Of a DNA stretch of 64,000 nucleotides, positions 1-13,500 are shown in pieces. The stretch spans positions 23,560,001 to 23,624,000 of the forward strand of contig OX597841.1 of assembly GCA_951406725.2 (NCBI GenBank), given 5' to 3'. Source of the stretch: Octopus vulgaris (lineage: Eukaryota). A program made the translations under genes and the position numbers. Each line of letters opens with the position of its first letter. The first letter of the stretch is position 1. The notes under the pieces were generated by a model. The model worked only from the letters and a program-made list of their open reading frames with translations. It did no database searches and had not been told where the DNA came from.

Positions 1-39
1 CCTTCTCAAAGATTCCTTGCTTTGCAAAGTCACTTGGTT

Positions 40-249
40 ACCCTGCCAGTGCTGGTGCCACTTAAAAGGCATCCAGTCCACACTGTGAAGTGGTTGGCAT
101 TTGGAAGGGCATCCAGCTGTAAAAATCCTGCCAAAACAGACACAAAAGTTTGGTGCAGGCCCCTGTCTGGCCAGCTCCTGTCAAACCGTCCAACCCAAGC
201 CAGCATGTGAAAGTGGATATTGAACGATGATGATGATGATGATGATGAT
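40..249 (+). mobile_element. 3' part of retroposon family B ending in (GAT)n
   Basis: GGAAGGGCATCCAGCTGT...CCGTCCAACCCA..GCATG...(GAT)n. The module recurs at ~2405-3060(-), 20417-20780(-), 26490-26730(-), 34970-35404(+), 37140-37518(+), 47980-48143(+), 54222-54632(-) and 60775-61127(+), with internal GTGGCACGTAAAAAGCACC repeats. Confidence 0.7.
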
Positions 250-260
250 ATATATATCAT

Positions 261-421
261 CAGGAGTGGCTGTGTGGTAAGTAGCTTGCTTACCAACCAC
301 ATGGTTCCGGGTTCAGTCCCACTGCGTAGCATCTCGGGCAAGTGTCTTCTGCTATAGTCCCGGGCTGACCAATGCCTTGTGAGTGGATTTGGTAGACGGA
401 AACTGAAAGAAGCCCGTCGTA
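261..421 (+). mobile_element. tRNA-derived SINE family A, head region
   Basis: A-box-like TGGCTGTGTGG, B-box-like GGTTCAGTCCC, then CORE-like (C/T)GGGCAAGTGTCTT. Confidence 0.8.
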
Positions 422-643
422 TATGGCTGGCTTCCATGCTTGTGGCATGTAAAAAGCACCAACCAATTGTGGCCATTGCTAGCACCCTTTGGCCCTGTGC
501 CGGTGGCATGTAAAAAGCACCCACTACACTCACGGAGTGGTTGGCGTTAGGAAGGGCATCGAGCTGTAGAAAACCCTGCCAAATCAGACTGGAGCAGGAT
601 TGATTGTTTGGGAGTCAAACAGAGAGACAGACAGGCAGACAGA

Positions 644-787
644 TTAATAGATTGATGGATGGATAAATGGAGAGATAGATAGATAGATATAGAGAGAGAG
701 ATAGGTAGATTGATAGATAGATTGATAGATGGATGGATAGATAGATAGATAGATAGATAGATAAATAGATGGATAGATGGATAGATG

Positions 788-830
<43 letters not shown>

Positions 831-882
831 GATGGATGGATGGATAGATAGATAGATGGATAGATGGATAGATGGATAGATG

Positions 883-913
<31 letters not shown>

Positions 914-1138
914 GGATAGATGGATAGATAGATAGATGGATAGATAGATAGATGGATAGATGGATAGATGGATAGATGGATAGATAGATAGATGGATAGA
1001 TGGATAGATGGATAGATAGATGGATAGATAGATGGATAGATAGATAGATGGATAGATGGATAGATAGATAGATGGATAGATGGATAGATGGATAGATAGA
1101 TAGATAGATAGATAAATAGATGGATAGATGGATAGATG

Positions 1139-1171
<33 letters not shown>

Positions 1172-1238
1172 ATAGATGGATAGATAGATGGATGGATGGA
1201 TAGATAGATAGATGGATAGATGGATAGATGGATAGATG

Positions 1239-1279
<41 letters not shown>

Positions 1280-1402
1280 ATAGATGGATAGATAGATGGA
1301 TGGATGGATGGATAGATAGATAGATAGGCAGATAGATAGATTGGTAGATAGATAGATAGATAGATTGATAGATAGATAGATGGATAGATAGATAGGTTGA
1401 TA
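644..1402. repeat. (GATA/GATG)n compound microsatellite
   Basis: Directly visible. Confidence 0.97.
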
Positions 1403-1574
1403 GGAAGATGCATAGCTATCAAAGATAAACATTGAAAAGGGGAAAGTGGTGGTGGGTGGAGGGGTTGAAAGCTCCATGTGACTTGGTTCATATATTTAAG
1501 TGGTCTCTTAACCCAGCTTCCGGATGGAGTAACTATTTCCTCTCTTTATGCATATACGCATCCATATACACACA

Positions 1575-1629
1575 TACACGTCTGTGTGTGTGTGTATTTT
1601 CGAAATCAGTATATATATATACATGCATG

Positions 1630-1703
<74 letters not shown>

Positions 1704-1744
1704 ATGTATATATATGAATGTATGTATGTATATTTGTATGCTTG

Positions 1745-1775
<31 letters not shown>

Positions 1776-1867
1776 TTTGTTTGCAGGCATTTGTGTGCAT
1801 ATGTGTATGAGTATGTATATGCATACATATCTATCTATCTATCTATCTATATAAATATATATATATA

Positions 1868-1904
<37 letters not shown>

Positions 1905-1992
1905 ATATATAAATATAGATAGATATATAGATATATATATGATATATATAGATATAGATATATATATAGATAGATAAATAGATGTACATATT

Positions 1993-2039
<47 letters not shown>

Positions 2040-2090
2040 CACACACACACACACATACACAACATATATATATATTGAGAGAGAGAGAGT
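1575..2090. repeat. (TA)n/(TG)n/(CA)n compound microsatellite
   Basis: Directly visible. Confidence 0.95.
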
Positions 2091-2703
2091 GAAAAAGACG
2101 GGATGGAACTTAACTGCGCAGATACATAACATTAAAAAGGGGTGACATATTTGTCCTCTGAGATAAGTAGGCACACCAGTTGCATGCTCTCGGTGCAAAA
2201 TGGTCATAGTTAGTGCAATGTTAACGGTTCTGCTTTTTGCCCCGAAAAATCCCCCCTCCCCTTTTCTTCTTTTTGTTGTTTTTTTTTATTTTTGCTTCCT
2301 GATTCTGCTAATTTCTAAGAACCATAAAATCTATTTAAATATGTGTGAAGAATCGACACTAAGAATTCTTGAGAATTTCCATCATCATCATCATTATGAT
2401 GATCATCATCATCGTTTAACGTCCGCTTTCTATGCTAGCATGGGTTGGGCGGTTCGACCGGGGATCTGGGAAGCCAGGAGGCTGCACCAGGCTCCAGTCT
2501 GATCTGGCAGTGTTTCAACAGCTGGATGCCCTTCCTAACGCCAACCACTCCGTGAGTGTAGTGGCTGCTTTTTACGTGCCACCGGCAAAGGTGCCAGGGA
2601 AGGCTGGCAACGGCCACGATCGGTTGGTGCTTTTTACGTGTCACTGGCACAGAGGCAGTCAGGGCAGCGCTGGCAACAGCCACGTTCGGACGGTTCTCTT
2701 AAG

Positions 2704-2935
2704 AAGGCGGTGAGCTGGCAGAAACGTTAGCACGCCGTGCGAAATGCTTAGCGGTATTTCGTCTGCGTTACGTTGTGAGTTCAAATTCCGCCAAGGTCGA
2801 CTTTGCCTTTCATCCTTTCGGGGTCGATAAATTAAGTACCAGTTACGCACTGGGGTCGATGTAATCGACTTAATCCATTTGTTTGTCCTTGTTTGTCCTC
2901 TCTGTGTTTAGCCCCTTGTGGGTAGTAAAGAAATA
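2704..2935 (+). mobile_element. tRNA-derived SINE family C with Meta/Nin-like central domain, inserted in a family B copy
   Basis: AGCTGGCAGAAACGTTAG head, GAGTTCAAATTCC B-box, GTCGACTTTGCCTTTCATCCTTTCGGGGTCGATAAATTAAGTACC core. 12-bp TSD GGTTCTCTTAAG at 2692-2703 and 2936-2947. Confidence 0.85.
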
Positions 2936-3461
2936 GGTTCTCTTAAGTGCCACCGGCACTGGTATCACAACTACAGTTTCCATTGATTTTTGAGCGATTT
3001 CGATTTCGATTCCGATTTCACTTGCCTCAACAGGTCTTCGCAAGCAGAGTTTTGTGTCCCAGTGCCAATTTATTAATAGACACAAGAAGAGTGATGGCAT
3101 TCTTTTATTCTTTTAGTTGTTTCAATAATTTGACAATGGCCATGCTGGAGCACTGCCTTAAAGGGTTTCTTTTAGTTGAAGAAATTGACCCCCAGGACTT
3201 ATTGTTTGTAAGCCTAGTACTTACAAACATCACCTAAATATGTTATTTTTTTACAAATTTCAATATTTCTAAAATTGAATTTGAACAAAATCGATGTATT
3301 CCAACAGAAATATGGGAACAAAGAGTTTTAAAATAGGGATCACATTAGTCCATGACGAAGCCAACAGTGAAATCTCTTTCTTACAAATTCCTTATTAACC
3401 CTCTTAATACCAATCCACCTGTGACCAACCATGGTTCTATAATACAAACTCTCTGTTTTGA

Positions 3462-5750
3462 CCCTTTAGCATTTAAACTGGCCATATGTGGCCAAAAGAA
3501 TCTACATGTTTTATCTTGAAACTGACCAGATCTGGTCTCTCACACTTACCTGACAATGTTAATCTAAAGATAAACAATCATGACATTAGAATCTGAAAGC
3601 TACAAGATAATCCCTTATTAATACAAAACAATGTGAATAAGTAAGGATTACATTTGACAGAGTAATCTGAACGCTAAAGGGTTAAACTGGCCAGATCTGG
3701 CCCCTTGCACCTACTCTACAATGTCCTTCTAAAAATAAACAATCACATCACTGAAATCTCAAAACTGCGAGATAATTCATGATTAATATAAATAAGAGTA
3801 ATCTGAACGCTAAAGGGTTAAACTGGCCAGATCTGGCCTCTTGCACCTATCCTACAATGTCATTCTAAATATAAACAATCACATCACTGAAATCTCAAAA
3901 CTGCGAGATAATTCATGATTAATATAAATAAGAGTAATCTGAACGCTAAAGAGTTAGACTGGCCAGATCTGGCCCCTTGCACCTATCCTACAATGTCATT
4001 CTAAATATAAACAATCACATCACTGAAATCTCAAAACTGCGAGATAATTCATGATTAATATAAATAAGAGTAATCTGAACGCTACAGGGTTAGACTGGCC
4101 AGATCTAGCCCCTTGCACCTACCCTACAATGTCATTCTAAAAATAAACAATCACATCACTGAAATCTCAAAGCTGCGAGATAATTCATGATTAATATAAA
4201 TAAGAGTAATCTGAACACTAAAGGGTTAAACTGGCCAGATCTAGCCCCTTGCACCTACCCTACAATGTCATTCTAAAAATAAACAATCACATCACTGAAA
4301 TCTCAAAGCTGCGAGATAATTCATGATTAATATAAATAAGAGTAATCTGAACACTAAAGGGTTAGACTGGCCAGATCTAGCCCCTTGCACCTACCCTACA
4401 ATGTCATTCTAAAAATAAACAATCACATCACTGAAATCTCAAAGCTGCGAGATAATTCATGATTAATATAAATAAGAGTAATCTGAATGCTAAAGGGTTA
4501 AACTGGCCAGATCTAGCCCCTTGCACCTACCCTACAATGTCATTCTAAAAATAAACAATCACATCACTGAAATCTCAAAGCTGCGAGATAATTCATGATT
4601 AATATAAATAAGAGTAATCTGAACACTAAAGGGTTAGACTGGCCAGATCTAGCCCCTTGCACCTACCCTACAATGTCATTCTAAAAATAAACAATCACAT
4701 CACTGAAATCTCAAAGCTGCGAGATAATTCATGATTAATATAAATAAGAGTAATCTGAATGCTAAAGGGTTAAACTGGCCAGATCTAGCCCCTTGCACCT
4801 ACCCTACAATGTCATTCTAAAAATAAACAATCACATCACTGAAATCTCAAAGCTGCGAGATAATTCATGATTAATATAAATAAGAGTAATCTGAATGCTA
4901 AAGGGTTAAACTGGCCAGATCTGGCCCCTTGCACCTATACTACAATGTCATTCTAAAAATAAACAATCACATCACTGAAATCTCAAAGCTGCGAGATAAT
5001 TCATGATTAATATAAATAAGAGTAATCTGAACACTAAAGGGTTAGACTGGCCAGATCTAGCCCCTTGCACCTACCCTACAATGTCATTCTAAAAATAAAC
5101 AATCACATCACTGAAATCTCAAAGCTGCGAGATAATTCATGATTAATATAAATAAGAGTAATCTGAATGCTAAAGGGTTAAACTGGCCAGATCTAGCCCC
5201 TTGCACCTACCCTACAATGTCATTCTAAAAATAAACAATCACATCACTGAAATCTCAAAGCTGCGAGATAATTCATGATTAATATAAATAAGAGTAATCT
5301 GAATGCTAAAGGGTTAAACTGGCCAGATCTGGCCCCTTGCACCTATACTACAATGTCATTCTAAAAATAAACAATCACATCACTGAAATCTCAAAGCTGC
5401 GAGATAATTCATGATTAATATAAATAAGAGTAATCTGAACACTAAAGGGTTAGACTGGCCAGATCTAGCCCCTTGCACCTACCCTACAATGTCATTCTAA
5501 AAATAAACAATCACATCACTGAAATCTCAAAGCTACGAGATAATTCATGATTAATATAAATAAGAGTAATCTGAACGCTAAAGGGTTAAACTGGCCAGAT
5601 CTAGCCCCTTGCACCTACCCTACAATGTCATTCTAAAAATAAACAATCACATCACTGAAATCTCAAAGCTGCGAGATAAAGCAGGATTAATTCAAAACAA
5701 TGTGGATAAATAAGCATTACATTTGACCTGGTAATCTGAACGCTAAAGGG
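3462..5750 (+). mobile_element. piggyBac-type MITE (family P1) with tandemly amplified right half
   Basis: TTGA|CCCTTTAGCATT left TIR. AACGCTAAAGGG|TTAA right TIR at 3670-3685 and 5739-5754. Confidence 0.75.
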
Positions 5751-5754
5751 TTAA
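3686..5754 (+). repeat. 136-bp tandem array, 15 units
   Basis: AGAGTAATCT recurs at 3659, 3795, 3931, 4067 ... 5563 (period 136). The last unit is ~165 bp. Confidence 0.95.
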
Positions 5755-5964
5755 AGTGATTTCAATTAAAACCTTCTCTCATCAGAATTCCAATTTAACT
5801 TACGTTCCAAACAACAGCTTAATGGTAAAGGCAATGTATATCCCCATAAATATGGTAACAAAAGGGTTTTAAAATAGGGGCAATCTTAGAAAAAAAAGGG
5901 AGCTTCTATGTAGCCAAAAGCCAAATTTCCCCCTCATCAAATTCCTTACTGGGACAGGCCAATA

Positions 5965-6290
5965 AACAGCGACAACAACAACAAAAACAAGGAGGGACAC
6001 ATTTATTAAGATAGTCCTAGATACACCATGTTTGAATGATCACAGTTTGAGCATGTTTGGTCTTGGGGTCTTCCAGGTTAGTATTGACCTGGGACTTAAA
6101 AACAGCAACCCACCAGCAGCCCAGTCACAATATGAACAAGGAGGGGCACATTTCTTAAGGTACTCCTAGATACACCATGTCTGAATATAATCCCAGATGA
6201 TCACAATTAGAACAAGTCTCATTTAGGGGTCATCCAGATCAGTTGATTAGCCTGCGACAGGCCAATAAACAGCAACAACAACAACAACAA
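5965..6290 (+). repeat. Two diverged monomers related to the 135-bp array unit
   Basis: GAGGGACACATTT..AAGATAGTCCTAGATACACCATGTTTGAAT at ~5992 and a related copy at ~6142. Confidence 0.8.
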
Positions 6291-6292
6291 CA

Positions 6293-7570
6293 GTGGAGGC
6301 GCAATGGCCCAGTGGTTAGGGCAGCAGACTCGCAGTTTCGATTCCCAGACCGGGCGTTGTGTGTGTTTATTGAGCGAAAACACCTAAAATCTCCACAAGG
6401 CTCCGGCAGGGGTGGATGGGGTGACGACCCCTATTGTACTCTTTTGCCCCAACTTTCTCTCACTTTTTCTTCCTGTTTCTTGTCCCCGACTTCCTACGCA
6501 ACCGCTGAGCCTGGATGCGCATTCATCCATCCGTCGATGCTCTCGGTGTTGGGGGATGACCTGCTTTCTCTTCTGCGGGTCTTACGAATAGCAAAGGACT
6601 TTCTCTCACTCTTTCTTCCTGTTTCTTGTCCCCGACTTCCTACGCAACTGCTGAGCCTGGATGCGCATTCATCCATCCGTCGATGCTCTCGGTGTTGGGG
6701 GTTGACCTGCTTTCTCTTCTGCAGGTCTTACGAATAGCAAAGGACTTTCTCTCACTCTTTCTTCCTGTTTCTTGTCCCCGACTTCCTACGCAACTGCTGA
6801 GCCTGGATGCGCATTCATCCATCCGTCGATGCTCTCGGTGTCGGGGGTTGACCTGCTTTCTCTTCTGTGGGTCTTACAAATAGCAAAGGACTTTCTCTCA
6901 CTCTTTCTTCCTGTTTCTTGTCCCCGACTTCCTACGCAACTGCTGAGCCTGGATGCGCATTCATCCATCCGTCGATGCTCTCGGTGTTGGGGGTTGACCT
7001 GCTTTCTCTTCTGCAGGTCTTACGAATAGCAAAGGACTTTCTCTCACTCTTTCTTCCTGTTTCTTGTCCCCGACTTCCTACGCAACTGCTGAGCCTGGAT
7101 GCGCATTCATCCATCCGTCGATGCTCTCGGTGTCGGGGTTGACCTGCTTTCTCTTCTGCGGGTCTTACAAATAGCAAAGGACTTTCTCTCACTCTTTCTT
7201 CCTGTTTCTTGTCCCCGACTTCCTACGCAACTGCTGAGCCTGGATGCGCATTCATCCATCCGTCGATGCTCTCGGTGTCGGGGGTTGACCTGCTTTCTCT
7301 TCTGCGGGTCTTACGAATAGCAAAGGACTTTCTCTCACTCTTTCTTCCTGTTTCTTGTCCCCGACTTCCTACGCAACTGCTGAGCCTGGATGCGCATTCA
7401 TCCATCCGTCGATGCTCTCAGTGTCGGGGGTTGACCTGCTTTCTCTTCTGCGGGTCTTACGAATAGCAAAGGACCACGTTTCGGACTTCTCCCACTACAG
7501 ACAATCCTGAGGCGTGATCTTGCTAAGCTCTGGGACGAAGACCGCTTCACTCAATAAACAAACAAACAAA
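6293..7570 (+). mobile_element. tRNA-derived SINE family D with internal 146-bp amplification and (AAAC)n tail
   Basis: GGAGGCGCAATGGCCCAGTGGTTAGGGCAGC...GTTTCGATTCCC (A/B boxes). Head shared with the copies at 24845, 42610(-) and 42683. Confidence 0.85.
6453..7474 (+). repeat. 146-bp tandem array, 7 units
   Basis: CTTTCTCTCAC at 6453, 6599, 6745, 6891, 7037, 7182, 7328. Confidence 0.95.
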
Positions 7571-10500
7571 CAACAACAAAAACAAAGAGGGACACATTTA
7601 ATGAGATAGTCCTCAATACACCATGTTTGAATATATGTCCAGATGATCAAACTTAGAACACTTCTGATCCAGGGGTCTTGCAGATTGACCTAAGACTAGC
7701 AACAGCAACAACAAAAACAAAGAGGGACACATTTAATGAGATAGTCCTCAATACACCATGTTTGAATATATGTCCAGATGATCAAACTTAGAACACTTCT
7801 GATCCAGGGGTCTTGCAGATTGACCTAAGACTAGCAACAGCAACAACAAAAACAAAGAGGGGCACATTTAATGAGATAGTCCTCAATACACCATGTTTGA
7901 ATATATGTCCAGATGATCAAACTTAGAACACTTCTGATCCAGGGGTCTTGCAGATTGACCTAAGACTAGCAACAGCAACAGCAAAAACAAAGAGGGGCAC
8001 ATTTAATGAGATAGTCCTTGATACACCATGTTTGAATATATGTCCAGATGATCAAACTTAGAACACTTCTGATCCAGGGGTCTTGCAGATTGACCTAAGA
8101 CTAGCAACAGCAACAACAAAAACAAAGAGGGGCACATTTAATGAGATAGTCCTCAATACACCATGTTTGAATATATGTCCAGATGATCAAACTTAGAACA
8201 CTTCTGATCCAGGGGTCTTGCAGATTGACCTAAGACTAGCAACAGCAACAACAAAAACAAAGAGGGACACATTTAATGAGATAGTCCTTGATACACCATG
8301 TTTGAATATATGTCCAGATGATCAAACTTAGAACACTTCTGATCCAGGGGTCTTGCAGATTGACCTAAGACTAGCAACAGCAACAACAAAAACAAAGAGG
8401 GGCACATTTAATGAGATAGTCCTCAATACACCATGTTTGAATATATGTCCAGATGATCAAACTTAGAACACTTCTGATCCAGGGGTCTTGCAGATTGACC
8501 TAAGACTAGCAACAGCAACAACAAAAACAAAGAGGGACACATTTAATGAGATAGTCCTCAATACACCATGTTTGAATATATGTCCAGATGATCAAACTTA
8601 GAACACTTCTGATCCAGGGGTCTTGCAGATTGACCTAAGACTAGCAACAGCAACAACAAAAACAAAGAGGGGCACATTTAATGAGATAGTCCTCAATACA
8701 CCATGTTTGAATATATGTCCAGATGATCAAACTTAGAACACTTCTGATCCAGGGGTCTTGCAGATTGACCTAAGACTAGCAACAGCAACAGCAAAAACAA
8801 AGAGGGGCACATTTAATGAGATAGTCCTTGATACACCATGTTTGAATATATGTCCAGATGATCAAACTTAGAACACTTCTGATCCAGGGGTCTTGCAGAT
8901 TGACCTAAGACTAGCAACAGCAACAACAAAAACAAAGAGGGGCACATTTAATGAGATAGTCCTCAATACACCATGTTTGAATATATGTCCAGATGATCAA
9001 ACTTAGAACACTTCTGATCCAGGGGTCTTGCAGATTGACCTAAGACTAGCAACAGCAACAACAAAAACAAAGAGGGACACATTTAATGAGATAGTCCTCA
9101 ATACACCATGTTTGAATATATGTCCAGATGATCAAACTTAGAACACTTCTGATCCAGGGGTCTTGCAGATTGACCTAAGACTAGCAACAGCAACAACAAA
9201 AACAAAGAGGGGCACATTTAATGAGATAGTCCTCAATACACCATGTTTGAATATATGTCCAGATGATCAAACTTAGAACACTTCTGATCCAGGGGTCTTG
9301 CAGATTGACCTAAGACTAGCAACAGCAACAACAAAAACAAAGAGGGACACATTTAATGAGATAGTCCTCAATACACCATGTTTGAATATATGTCCAGATG
9401 ATCAAACTTAGAACACTTCTGATCCAGGGGTCTTGCAGATTGACCTAAGACTAGCAACAGCAACAACAAAAACAAAGAGGGGCACATTTAATGAGATAGT
9501 CCTCAATACACCATGTTTGAATATATGTCCAGATGATCAAACTTAGAACACTTGATCCAGGGGTCTTGCAGATTGACCTAAGACTAGCAACAGCAACAAC
9601 AAAAACAAAGAAGGGCACATTTAATGAGATAGTCCTCAATACACCATGTTTGAATATATGTCCAGATGATCAAACTTAGAACACTTCTGATCCAGGGGTC
9701 TTGCAGATTGACCTAAGACTAGCAACAGCAACAACAAAAACAAAGAGGGACACATTTAATGAGATAGTCCTCAATACACCATGTTTGAATATATGTCCAG
9801 ATGATCAAACTTAGAACACTTCTGATCCAGGGGTCTTGCAGATTGACCTAAGACTAGCAACAGCAACAACAAAAACAAAGAGGGACACATTTAATGAGAT
9901 AGTCCTCAATACACCATGTTTGAATATATGTCCAGATGATCAAACTTAGAACACTTCTGATCCAGGGGTCTTGCAGATTGACCTAAGACTAGCAACAGCA
10001 ACAACAAAAACAAAGAGGGACACATTTAATGAGATAGTCCTCAATACACCATGTTTGAATATACGTCCAGATAATCCGAGTCAGAACACTTCTGATCCAG
10101 GGGTCTTGCAGATTGACCTAAGACTAGCAACAGCAACAACAAAAACAAAGAGGGGCACATTTAATGAGATAGTCCTCAATACACCATGTTTGAATATATG
10201 TCCAGATGATCAAACTTAGAACACTTCTGATCCAGGGGTCTTGCAGATTGACCTAAGACTAGCAACAGCAACAACAAAAACAAAGAGGGACACATTTAAT
10301 GAGATAGTCCTCAATACACCATGTTTGAATATATGTCCAGATGATCAAACTTAGAACACTTCTGATCCAGGGGTCTTGCAGATTGACCTAAGACTAGCAA
10401 CAGCAACAACAAAAACAAAGAGGGACACATTTAATGAGATAGTCCTCAATACACCATGTTTGAATATATGTCCAGATGATCAAACTTAGAACACTTCTGA

Positions 10501-13500
10501 TCCAGGGGTCTTGCAGATTGACCTAAGACTAGCAACAGCAACAACAAAAACAAAGAGGAGCACATTTAATGAGATAGTCCTCAATACACCATGTTTGAAT
10601 ATATGTCCAGATGATCAAACTTAGAACACTTCTGATCCAGGGGTCTTGCAGATTGACCTAAGACTAGCAACAGCAACAACAAAAACAAAGAGGGACACAT
10701 TTAATGAGATAGTCCTCAATACACCATGTTTGAATATATGTCCAGATGATCAAACTTAGAACACTTCTGATCCAGGGGTCTTGCAGATTGACCTAAGACT
10801 AGCAACAGCAACAACAAAAACAAAGAGGAGCACATTTAATGAGATAGTCCTCAATACACCATGTTTGAATATATGTCCAGATGATCAAACTTAGAACACT
10901 TCTGATCCAGGGGTCTTGCAGATTGACCTAAGACTAGCAACAGCAACAACAAAAACAAAGAGGGACACATTTAATGAGATAGTCCTCAATACACCATGTT
11001 TGAATATATGTCCAGATGATCAAACTTAGAACACTTCTGATCCAGGGGTCTTGCAGATTGACCTAAGACTAGCAACAGCAACAACAAAAACAAAGAGGAG
11101 CACATTTAATGAGATAGTCCTCAATACACCATGTTTGAATATATGTCCAGATGATCAAACTTAGAACACTTCTGATCCAGGGGTCTTGCAGATTGACCTA
11201 AGACTAGCAACAGCAACAACAAAAACAAAGAGGAGCACATTTAATGAGATAGTCCTCAATACACCATGTTTGAATATATGTCCAGATGATCAAACTTAGA
11301 ACACTTCTGATCCAGGGGTCTTGCAGATTGACCTAAGACTAGCAACAGCAACAACAAAAACAAAGAGGAGCACATTTAATGAGATAGTCCTCAATACACC
11401 ATGTTTGAATATATGTCCAGATGATCAAACTTAGAACACTTCTGATCCAGGGGTCTTGCAGATTGACCTAAGACTAGCAACAGCAACAACAAAAACAAAG
11501 AGGGACACATTTAATGAGATAGTCCTCAATACACCATGTTTGAATATATGTCCAGATGATCAAACTTAGAACACTTCTGATCCAGGGGTCTTGCAGATTG
11601 ACCTAAGACTAGCAACAGCAACAACAAAAACAAAGAGGAGCACATTTAATGAGATAGTCCTCAATACACCATGTTTGAATATATGTCCAGATGATCAAAC
11701 TTAGAACACTTCTGATCCAGGGGTCTTGCAGATTGACCTAAGACTAGCAACAGCAACAACAAAAACAAAGAGGAGCACATTTAATGAGATAGTCCTCAAT
11801 ACACCATGTTTGAATATATGTCCAGATGATCAAACTTAGAACACTTCTGATCCAGGGGTCTTGCAGATTGACCTAAGACTAGCAACAGCAACAACAAAAA
11901 CAAAGAGGAGCACATTTAATGAGATAGTCCTCAATACACCATGTTTGAATATATGTCCAGATGATCAAACTTAGAACACTTCTGATCCAGGGGTCTTGCA
12001 GATTGACCTAAGACTAGCAACAGCAACAACAAAAACAAAGAGGGACACATTTAATGAGATAGTCCTCAATACACCATGTTTGAATATATGTCCAGATGAT
12101 CAAACTTAGAACACTTCTGATCCAGGGGTCTTGCAGATTGACCTAAGACTAGCAACAGCAACAACAAAAACAAAGAGGAGCACATTTAATGAGATAGTCC
12201 TCAATACACCATGTTTGAATATATGTCCAGATGATCAAACTTAGAACACTTCTGATCCAGGGGTCTTGCAGATTGACCTAAGACTAGCAACAGCAACAAC
12301 AAAAACAAAGAGGGACACATTTAATGAGATAGTCCTCAATACACCATGTTTGAATATATGTCCAGATGATCAAACTTAGAACACTTCTGATCCAGGGGTC
12401 TTGCAGATTGACCTAAGACTAGCAACAGCAACAACAAAAACAAAGAGGGACACATTTAATGAGATAGTCCTCAATACACCATGTTTGAATATATGTCCAG
12501 ATGATCAAACTTAGAACACTTCTGATCCAGGGGTCTTGCAGATTGACCTAAGACTAGCAACAGCAACAACAAAAACAAAGAGGGGCACATTTAATGAGAT
12601 AGTCCTCAATACACCATGTTTGAATATATGTCCAGATGATCAAACTTAGAACACTTCTGATCCAGGGGTCTTGCAGATTGACCTAAGACTAGCAACAGCA
12701 ACAACAAAAACAAAGAAGGGCACATTTAATGAGATAGTCCTCAATACACCATGTTTGAATATATGTCCAGATGATCAAACTTAGAACACTTCTGATCCAG
12801 GGGTCTTGCAGATTGACCTAAGACTAGCAACAGCAACAACAAAAACAAAGAGGGACACATTTAATGAGATAGTCCTCAATACACCATGTTTGAATATATG
12901 TCCAGATGATCAAACTTAGAACACTTCTGATCCAGGGGTCTTGCAGATTGACCTAAGACTAGCAACAGCAACAACAAAAACAAAGAGGGACACATTTAAT
13001 GAGATAGTCCTCAATACACCATGTTTGAATATATGTCCAGATGATCAAACTTAGAACACTTCTGATCCAGGGGTCTTGCAGATTGACCTAAGACTAGCAA
13101 CAGCAACAACAAAAACAAAGAGGGACACATTTAATGAGATAGTCCTCAATACACCATGTTTGAATATACGTCCAGATAATCCGAGTCAGAACACTTCTGA
13201 TCCAGGGGTCTTGCAGATTGACCTAAGACTAGCAACAGCAACAACAAAAACAAAGAGGGGCACATTTAATGAGATAGTCCTCAATACACCATGTTTGAAT
13301 ATATGTCCAGATGATCAAACTTAGAACACTTCTGATCCAGGGGTCTTGCAGATTGACCTAAGACTAGCAACAGCAACAACAAAAACAAAGAGGGACACAT
13401 TTAATGAGATAGTCCTCAATACACCATGTTTGAATATATGTCCAGATGATCAAACTTAGAACACTTCTGATCCAGGGGTCTTGCAGATTGACCTAAGACT

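Larger units (their letters stand above)
3399..5866 (+). mobile_element. Diverged piggyBac-type MITE (family P2), split by the nested P1 MITE and array
   Basis: TTAA-CCCTCTT left end. 3399-3457 plus 5755-5866 resemble the P2 copies at 39065 and 39438 (…TACAAA..CTGTTTT | AATTAAAA.CTTC…AAATATGGTAACAAAAGGG). Confidence 0.6.

Noticed and set aside
547-1491. Long ORFs here and at 31069-33219, 51044-52490 and 56744-58013 as proteins
   Set aside because: Translations of microsatellites (IYLS, HT, poly-I/L/G/D) that lack stops by composition.
6293-6350. tRNA genes at SINE A/C/D heads
   Set aside because: A/B boxes are present but the cloverleaf is incomplete and each continues into a repeated body; they are SINEs.
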